64,000 nucleotides of DNA, taken from assembly GCA_046300675.1 (NCBI GenBank), contig JBKCLO010000103.1:1903-65902 (forward strand), written 5' to 3'. This stretch comes from Ignavibacteria bacterium (lineage in GTDB: Bacteria; Bacteroidota; Ignavibacteria; Kapaibacteriales; Kapaibacteriaceae). Made by a program: the position numbers and the translations under genes. Positions 57,921 to 64,000 of the stretch are shown piece by piece; the stretch's first letter is position 1, and each line of letters begins with the position of its first letter. The notes beneath the pieces are model-generated. The model was not told the origin of the DNA, ran no database searches, and saw nothing but the letters and a program-made list of their open reading frames with translations.

Positions 57921-58031
57921 CTATCTGATAATGTGCCCAGCTCAAAGGCCTGTGAGAAGAATCATTTTTCGTAGATTCGACGATCTGAAAACGGAATTAA
58001 CAACATTATCTATCTCAGCAAGGGTTGATGT

Positions 58032-58811
58032 ATGAAGAACTTGACGAACCTGATCTTCATCGGTGGATGTTTGGTCGCGGCGTATGTCCTGTACTATTTG
58101 GTTCTCGGTAATCCCGGAAACTTTAACGACGTCGAAAAGCTCGATCCCAAGAACTCACTTGGCACGATCTACACGGGTGGATTCCTTGTAGGTCTGCTCA
58201 TCGCCTGCATCCTGGTTTCGATCACCTACACGATCGAGCGCGTGCTTACCATCGGCAAGGCTGGTGGTTCAGGTGACATGAAGACATTCGGAAGTGCGGT
58301 TGTAGAGAATGTACAGAAGGGTAACTACAGCGCCGCCATCGCAGCATGTGATGACCAGCGTGGTTCACTTGCCAACGTTCTTCGTGCGGCTGTTTCGCGC
58401 TTTCAGGCCATTGAAAAGGATCCTGAGTTGAACGGCGACCAGAAGATCGCTGAAACGCAGCGTGTTATCGACGAGAACATGAACCTTGAGACACCACTCC
58501 TTGAGAAGAACCTGCCGATTCTGTCGACAGTTGCATCGGTATCAACGATGATCGGTCTTCTTGGCACGACGCTCGGTATGATCCGTTCGTTCCAGGCACT
58601 CGGTGCATCGGGAACGGTATCAGCCCAAGCTCTTTCGATCGGTATCTCGGAAGCTCTCTACAACACAGCTGGTGGACTGATCGCAGCCATCCTTTCGATC
58701 GTAGCGTACAACTACTTTACATCGAAGGTGGATGATTTCACATATCGTATGGACGAGACGCTGCTGGATCTTATGCAGTCTCTCGCTGTGAAGACAGGCA
58801 CAAAGGCCTAA
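58032..58811 (+). CDS. exbB: MotA/TolQ/ExbB proton channel protein
   Basis: IER, LEKNL, GLLGT..GMI.SF, GISEAL.NTA.G. Confidence 0.92.
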   Translation: MKNLTNLIFIGGCLVAAYVLYYLVLGNPGNFNDVEKLDPKNSLGTIYTGGFLVGLLIACILVSITYTIERVLTIGKAGGSGDMKTFGSAVVENVQKGNYSAAIAACDDQRGSLANVLRAAVSRFQAIEKDPELNGDQKIAETQRVIDENMNLETPLLEKNLPILSTVASVSTMIGLLGTTLGMIRSFQALGASGTVSAQALSIGISEALYNTAGGLIAAILSIVAYNYFTSKVDDFTYRMDETLLDLMQSLAVKTGTKA

Positions 58812-58840
58812 CGTAGCTCCACTCCGGTAAGGAAGATCAA

Positions 58841-59359
58841 ATGTCGAAAATCAAGAAGAAGCGCCTTGGTTTTGTGCTGGACATGACGCCGTTGGTGGAC
58901 ATCACGTTCCTCCTTCTAACGTTCTTCATGTTCACGGCCAAGTTCAAGAGCGATTCGGAAAACCAACAAAAAGTCGAGATCAAGCGTCCGCGTACAACCG
59001 TGGATACGGCAAAGCTGGCCGACAAGGACCTTGTTATCATCAAGGTGGGTGTAGACTCTGTTCTCAAGGACACAGCCTACTACGTCTCGATGCTCAATGA
59101 GCAGGATGTGGTAAACCTGCGTCGTGCCATGGCAACGTTAAAGTTCCCTGGTATGGACGAGAAGACCGTCTCGTTCAAGGTCATGGACACGGTTTGGCTT
59201 GGTCAGATCATCGAACAGGCGCGGTTTGTCAATCCACGCGCTTCGTTTGCTATCGACGCAGACAAACGTCTGCGTTATCAGTGGATTGAAACGGCGATCA
59301 ACGAGATGAGGAAGAAGAAGGCAACAACCTTCAACTTCGTCACCGAAAAGAAAATGTAA
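58841..59359 (+). CDS. exbD: Biopolymer transporter ExbD
   Basis: DMTPLVDITFLLLTFFM, I.ADK. Confidence 0.92.
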   Translation: MSKIKKKRLGFVLDMTPLVDITFLLLTFFMFTAKFKSDSENQQKVEIKRPRTTVDTAKLADKDLVIIKVGVDSVLKDTAYYVSMLNEQDVVNLRRAMATLKFPGMDEKTVSFKVMDTVWLGQIIEQARFVNPRASFAIDADKRLRYQWIETAINEMRKKKATTFNFVTEKKM

Positions 59360-59374
59360 ACAACGAGGTAACTC

Positions 59375-59926
59375 ATGGCAGGCGGTGGTGAATTAGGCGG
59401 AGGTAAATCCGAACGGCGGGGGAAGAAAGGCAAGCGCAAAGCGAAAAAGCGTCTTGGCTTTCGTCTCGACATGACGCCGCTTGTGGATATTACATTCCTG
59501 CTGCTGACGTTCTTCATGCTGACCACATCGATGATCACTCCACAAACAATGGAGATGAATGTTCCGCCCGAGATCGATGAACCAGTTGAAGTGAAGGAGT
59601 CGGAACTGCTCACGATTCGTATTCGTGAAGACGGAGTACTCTTTGCTAACATGGCAAAGGACACTCCGGAGAAGTACACAGTAAAGACGCTCCAGAAGTA
59701 CGTAACAGACCAGAATGTAGCGCTCAAGAACCGCTGTATCGTTGTTCTTAAGGCTTCTCCTAACGCCCCGTACGGGTTGGTCGTCTCGGTGCTTGACATT
59801 CTGAATGCAGCTGAGCCGGAGATCCTACAGGGACTCAAGTCTGCCGGTATCAACGAGCGCAAGCGCAAGTTTACAGTCTCTCCTTTCGACAAGACAGAAG
59901 ACGAAGAAAGGATCACGGGACTATGA
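59375..59926 (+). CDS. exbD: Biopolymer transporter ExbD (second copy)
   Basis: DMTPLVDITFLLLTFFMLTT, A.Y..VV.VLD. Confidence 0.92.
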   Translation: MAGGGELGGGKSERRGKKGKRKAKKRLGFRLDMTPLVDITFLLLTFFMLTTSMITPQTMEMNVPPEIDEPVEVKESELLTIRIREDGVLFANMAKDTPEKYTVKTLQKYVTDQNVALKNRCIVVLKASPNAPYGLVVSVLDILNAAEPEILQGLKSAGINERKRKFTVSPFDKTEDEERITGL

Positions 59927-60723
59927 GTACCGCAGCATCAGTAACCGACGCACTTGATGGTGTAAAGTACGGCGCAGCCGAGATCAAGCGTCTGATTCAA
60001 GCGAACACAGAGCGTGCGTTCAAGATCACGATGGCGCTGCTGCTTTTGCTTGCGTTGTACACGTTTGTTGGACCAATCATTTCCGAGTGGTTGTTTCCTT
60101 CACCAAAAGTTGTCAAGGTCAAGCTCTCTCGTCTTTAGCTCGAGGCATTGCCACCACCGCAGTCGCACACAGAAGAGGCTCCACCGCCTCCTCCGCCGTC
60201 AAATCTTCCGCCAGCACCAGCAGCGCGTGCAGGAACGCCTGTTGCTGTTCCGGATGCAGAGATCACGGCAGACATGCAGGACTTTGCGAATATCGACCAG
60301 ATCAACCGTTCGTCTTCGCAAGGAGGCAGTGGTGATGACAGCGGCGTCCTGAGCTTTGACCCAGGTGCGGGTGGTCCGCCACGTGAAGAAGAAGAAGAGA
60401 TCATGGATGCCTTTGAATTCGAAGACGGCTTCCTGCCGGTTACAGACGAAGGCGACCTTGTCAAGAAACTACGCGACCTTTACACGACAACACAATCGTT
60501 CCGTATGGGATTCGAAGGTACGGTGCTTGTGAGCTTTGTTGTTGGTAAGGATGGCCGAATCTCTGAAGTCAAGGTAGATCCAGAAGGTTCAAGCGGCTAT
60601 AAGGACCTCGACGAGGCAGCCATTAAGGCGATTCGCATGTCTGTGTACACACCTGCGAAAAACGCAAACGGACAGCCCACAGCTTGCCGTCTGCAGCGTC
60701 CAGTTACCTTCCGCCAACGTTAA
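59923..60723 (+). pseudogene. tonB: Energy transducer TonB interrupted by one in-frame TAG (60136-60138)
   Basis: ORFs 59923-60138 and 60148-60723 are in the same frame: YGA.E.KR + TM helix, then KLSRL*LEALPPP, Pro-rich linker, TonB_C (EGTV.VSFVV.KDG...LDEAA); could also be a sequence error or readthrough. Confidence 0.75.
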
Positions 60724-60733
60724 CACGAAATAC

Positions 60734-60767
60734 AAAGCCCCGTGTCACCACTGACACGGGGCTTTTT
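60734..60767 (+). terminator. Intrinsic terminator after tonB
   Basis: aaagccccgtgtca-ccac-tgacacggggcttt plus T run. Confidence 0.88.
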
Positions 60768-60801
60768 CTATTTTGTCCCGACCTTATCACTCGAGTTGCC
60801 C

Positions 60802-60996
60802 ATGTATGTCATCAATATCCTAGCCCGTGTCCTGGTTGCCTTGGTCGGACTGCTCATTGCCATCGGTGAAATCACCGTTGGCAACCTTGGCTCGCCGTTC
60901 CAAGAAACGTTCGGCATCGTCGTCTTCTTGTTCGGTGCCTTTCGCGTTGCACAGTTTATCTCAAGGAGCAGAGATGAGAGTTCTGATGATGCATGA
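60802..60996 (+). CDS. Small two-helix membrane protein (64 aa)
   Basis: MYVINILARVLVALVGLLIAIG...FGIVVFLFGAFR; overlaps the start of the next gene. Confidence 0.65.
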   Translation: MYVINILARVLVALVGLLIAIGEITVGNLGSPFQETFGIVVFLFGAFRVAQFISRSRDESSDDA

Positions 60997-61981
60997 GCGG
61001 GCAACTCGCTGTTCGCTACTCGCTGCTTGCTGTTCGCTGCTCGCTGTTCGCTGTTCGCTACTCGCTGCTTGCTGTTCGCTGCTCGCTGTTCTATTTGCCG
61101 CCTGCACAGAGCAGCCAGATCCGTCAAAGGCTGGCTATGAGTCTGCCATTCAGGGGGCTGTTACGGTGCTCATCGATCCTGAGTATCGCGAGCTTATGGA
61201 TACGATACAGACCCTGTATGCAAAGGAACACCCCAAGGCCACTATTACATTCAAGGAAGCGGTGGCAGGGGATGCGATGATGTCGATGTTGAACCGCACC
61301 GAGCGTATTGCAATCGTAGCCCGCAACTACACCCCTGCCGAGGAAGAGGTCCGCCTGGCGGCCGGTGCTGATTCATTGCCGCGTGCCTTGCTCTCAGTAG
61401 ACGCACTCGTTGTGCTTGTTCCGAAGTCATTCCCCTACGACACAATGAATGCGGAGCACATACGGGGCTGGCTCAAAGGGGATGCCTCGGTAACAAAGAA
61501 CTATCCCAAGCTTGCAAAGTCACCACAGTTTGTGGTGCCCGGTGGGGCAGATGCCTCTATCTACGGCAATGTGGTCAACGTGGTCTTAGGTGGAAAACAG
61601 CCGGCCAAGGGCACAGTTGCAGCTGTTGGGACTCGTGATAGTCTCAAGCAGGTCATCGCTTCACGTCCGGGCAGTTATATAGGTTTTGGGCTACTTTCTC
61701 AGTACGTGCGCGATTCGTCCGTAAAGATGCTTCGTCTAAGCTACATGGATTCGACAGGAGCACATGTATGGCCGAAACCAGTTCATTCATCGTACCTGAT
61801 GATGCGCAAATACCCGTTCCCTGTGCCGGTTTATGTCTATCTCAAGCGGGTACCGAGTCAGCGAGATCTTGCCAGCGGATACATGCAATTCGTAACCCGT
61901 AGCGGCAAGGTCCAAAAGCTGCTCTTCGACTGGGGAATAGAGCCTGCATATGCTAAGGTTACGCTCTATGACGAGGAGTAA
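60974..61981 (+). CDS. PstS-like (PBP2) substrate-binding lipoprotein
   Basis: ATG 60974 after aaggag (alternatives 60986/60989), lipobox-like FAAC, D....P/Y...P.A.I, DALVVLV, YPF...VYVY, F..S..Q pattern. Confidence 0.8.
   Translation: MRVLMMHERATRCSLLAACCSLLAVRCSLLAACCSLLAVLFAACTEQPDPSKAGYESAIQGAVTVLIDPEYRELMDTIQTLYAKEHPKATITFKEAVAGDAMMSMLNRTERIAIVARNYTPAEEEVRLAAGADSLPRALLSVDALVVLVPKSFPYDTMNAEHIRGWLKGDASVTKNYPKLAKSPQFVVPGGADASIYGNVVNVVLGGKQPAKGTVAAVGTRDSLKQVIASRPGSYIGFGLLSQYVRDSSVKMLRLSYMDSTGAHVWPKPVHSSYLMMRKYPFPVPVYVYLKRVPSQRDLASGYMQFVTRSGKVQKLLFDWGIEPAYAKVTLYDEE
61006..61089 (+). repeat. 12 x 7-bp tandem repeat (2 x exact 42 bp) encoding the signal-peptide core
   Basis: (tcgctgt tcgctac tcgctgc ttgctgt tcgctgc tcgctgt) x2; encodes RCSLLAACCSLLAV twice. 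Confidence 0.95.
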
Positions 61982-62079
61982 TGGGCTAGCCTGTAACGCA
62001 AAGGCAATACCGTTTCTGAGCAAGAACTCTGATAAAAATCGGTAAATTCGCGCCGCCTTCAACCAAACCTATAGACATC

Positions 62080-63804
62080 ATGAAAAACCTTATCTCAAGA
62101 ACATTGATCGCTGTCATCCTGGCAGCACTTGCGATGCCATTGTATGCAGTTGCCGATGAGTATGGCGACGCGCAGCGCGCCGTTGAGCAGAAAGACTACG
62201 TTCGTGCCCTTGAGCTTATCCGAACGGCAATTGCCAAGGATCCACAAGACATCGACCGTTTGCGTCTGGGCGCTAAGGTCTACTTGGAAATGAACATCCT
62301 TGATACAGCCCTAGCGTATGCAAAGCGTGTGCACAAGGATGACGATGACATCAAAGAACACGTTCTTCTCTATGCAAGTGCACTGATTGCTACCAATAAT
62401 GCTGCCGAGGCATGTGTTGCTATCAAGAAGTTCCGAAAGGGGGCTGATGATGTGGAAATGGCGCTTGCGCACGTAGACGCTTTGGTTGCAGCAGATAGCC
62501 TGGTGTCTGCAGAACTTGTTGCCACAACAGCCCGCTCGAAGTTCTCCAAGAGTGCGCTTGCATACTTAGCGCTTGGCAATCTGTACTTTAACTGGAAGCC
62601 CCGTCCAATCCTTGAAAATGCTGCTGATAACTACCGTGCAGCTATTGATCTTGAAAACAACCTGGTCGATGCACACTTCAATCTTGCGATATGCTATTGG
62701 AAGATGCGTAACCGTGAAAGTGACGATGCCCTGGCCACTGAGTATCTCACGAAGTGCCTTGACGAGTGGACCATCGTATCACAGCTCGACCCGAAGAATG
62801 CTCGCGCATGGTTCGAGCAGGGCAAGATTTTTTACTACGCAAAGAAGTACTCCAAGGCGGTTAGCGCCCTCAAGGAGTATCGTACCCTGCGTCCGGTTGG
62901 CTCCGGAGAGGCCATGGCCTCCTGGTTCCTTGGTGAGTCGCTCTACAAACTGGCCAAATGCGACGAAGCACAGCAGCACCTCGAAGATGCCGCGCGTCAG
63001 GTAGACTCTCTTAAGTCCAAGGTTGCACTTATGCTTGCCCGCTGCAACTTCGACGCAAAGAAATGGGCAGAATGTGCCAAGAAGTACGACGAGGCAGTGG
63101 TGTTCGAGACATCATGGGAGCCCACAGACTTCTGGAACCATGGTACGGCGCTGATCCTGGCCGGTGATACCACAAAGGCCATCAATGTGATGCTTGTAGC
63201 ATCCGAAAAGGCACCGAAGCAGTGTGCATCAATGTTCCGCCTGGGCTTCCTGCTGCAGGTGCGGAAACAGTACAAGACCTCGACCAAGGTGTTTCAAGGG
63301 CGCCTGGCCAACTGCTCAGATAGCAACGATACTCGCGTGAACATCCTGATCGGCAATAACTTCTTTGCCGACAGCCTGGTCGACAGTGCGATTTCCTATT
63401 ATCAAAAGGCTTTAACCATTAACTCGAAGAGCATGTGGGCTATGCAGTTAATGGGAGAGTCGTATCTGCTAAGTGGTAATGAGGTTCTCGGAGATTCGCT
63501 CTTGAACGTGGTGATTACCAACGCCCAAACCACGACGTCTAACGACGAAAAGCGCTACGGAATTGCCGCCATTAATGCGGCTAATAACTACGACATCAAG
63601 AAGCGGGACTATCAGAGTATCGTGAACCGTTGTAAGATCGGAACCCAGATCAACCCTCAGTCGGCGATCGTGTGGCTCTACCTTGGCATCGGCTATCAGG
63701 GTACGAAGGACCTTGATAATGCCAAAAATGCTTATCAAGAAGTGCTCAAGATCGACCCAAACAACCAGATGGCGAAGAAGAATCTACAAACCCTCGGGAA
63801 GTAG
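62080..63804 (+). CDS. Exported tetratricopeptide-repeat protein
   Basis: Signal peptide (AMPLYA), many TPR-like repeats (AYLALGNLY, AHFNLAICY, AWFEQGKIF, VWLYLGIGY...A...Y..VL.IDP.N). Confidence 0.88.
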   Translation: MKNLISRTLIAVILAALAMPLYAVADEYGDAQRAVEQKDYVRALELIRTAIAKDPQDIDRLRLGAKVYLEMNILDTALAYAKRVHKDDDDIKEHVLLYASALIATNNAAEACVAIKKFRKGADDVEMALAHVDALVAADSLVSAELVATTARSKFSKSALAYLALGNLYFNWKPRPILENAADNYRAAIDLENNLVDAHFNLAICYWKMRNRESDDALATEYLTKCLDEWTIVSQLDPKNARAWFEQGKIFYYAKKYSKAVSALKEYRTLRPVGSGEAMASWFLGESLYKLAKCDEAQQHLEDAARQVDSLKSKVALMLARCNFDAKKWAECAKKYDEAVVFETSWEPTDFWNHGTALILAGDTTKAINVMLVASEKAPKQCASMFRLGFLLQVRKQYKTSTKVFQGRLANCSDSNDTRVNILIGNNFFADSLVDSAISYYQKALTINSKSMWAMQLMGESYLLSGNEVLGDSLLNVVITNAQTTTSNDEKRYGIAAINAANNYDIKKRDYQSIVNRCKIGTQINPQSAIVWLYLGIGYQGTKDLDNAKNAYQEVLKIDPNNQMAKKNLQTLGK

Positions 63805-63884
63805 TATCTCGCTAAATAGTTGGGAAATTTGCTTCCAGACCGTATTTTTGTGGTCTTGTCATCACACGATTCTGCCTCACTGCC

Positions 63885-64000
63885 ATGATTTCAATCGACA
63901 TCGTGGGTCTTCGAGAGGGGAATCACCCCTTCAACATCCAATCGACGGCTCAAGATATTCCACATATCCCTGGGGAATTCACAGGGCTGATCACTGTTGA
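63885..64000 (+). CDS. DUF177/YceD-like protein, 5' part only
   Basis: Hand translation MISIDIVGLREGNHPFNI...; TATTTTTG motif at 63843-63850; only 38 codons visible. Confidence 0.55.
   Translation, partial: MISIDIVGLREGNHPFNIQSTAQDIPHIPGEFTGLITV

Noticed and set aside
60136-60138. Genome-wide TAG reassignment or pyrrolysine
   Set aside because: Other genes end at TAG at expected positions, no other gene in the window has an internal TAG, and no pyl genes are visible
63683-64000. 105-aa open ORF at the window end in the ORF track
   Set aside because: Overlaps the TPR gene; the frame starting at ATG 63885 behind a promoter motif is the better candidate

Overview
Core-genome window of a bacterium from the Bacteroidota/Chlorobiota/Ignavibacteriota (FCB) group. 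Gene content (porU-porV, T9SS cargo, DUF3127, alternative complex III, TAnnTTTG promoters) would fit Ca. Kapabacteria or an Ignavibacteria-like lineage, but this is an inference. It carries housekeeping genes (alaS, purD, lpdA-lipB, tRNA-Gly, pruA, rplS, cinA-tsaD, glyA, a fused 2-oxoacid dehydrogenase E1, a UvrD-type helicase, ftsK, kdsA-lptC-tpiA-pgsA-pgpA, HU, pyrB-carB-prmC), a 15.5-kb respiratory supercluster (cytochrome c, A2-type aa3 oxidase with assembly factors, then actABCDEF), porU-porV, and an exbB-exbD-exbD-tonB-small membrane protein-PstS-like lipoprotein-TPR module. No transposase, integrase, phage gene or CRISPR array was seen. The most unusual signal is a dispersed 7-bp tandem repeat family (consensus RCAGCGA / TCGCTGY) at four loci: an 18-unit intergenic array, hydrophilic in-frame inserts in a methyltransferase (6 units) and in the helicase (about 4 degenerate units), and, in the opposite orientation, 12 units forming the hydrophobic core of a lipoprotein signal peptide. 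Also notable are a single in-frame TAG splitting tonB and back-to-back, palindromic divergent TAnnTTTG promoters, some implying near-leaderless mRNAs.
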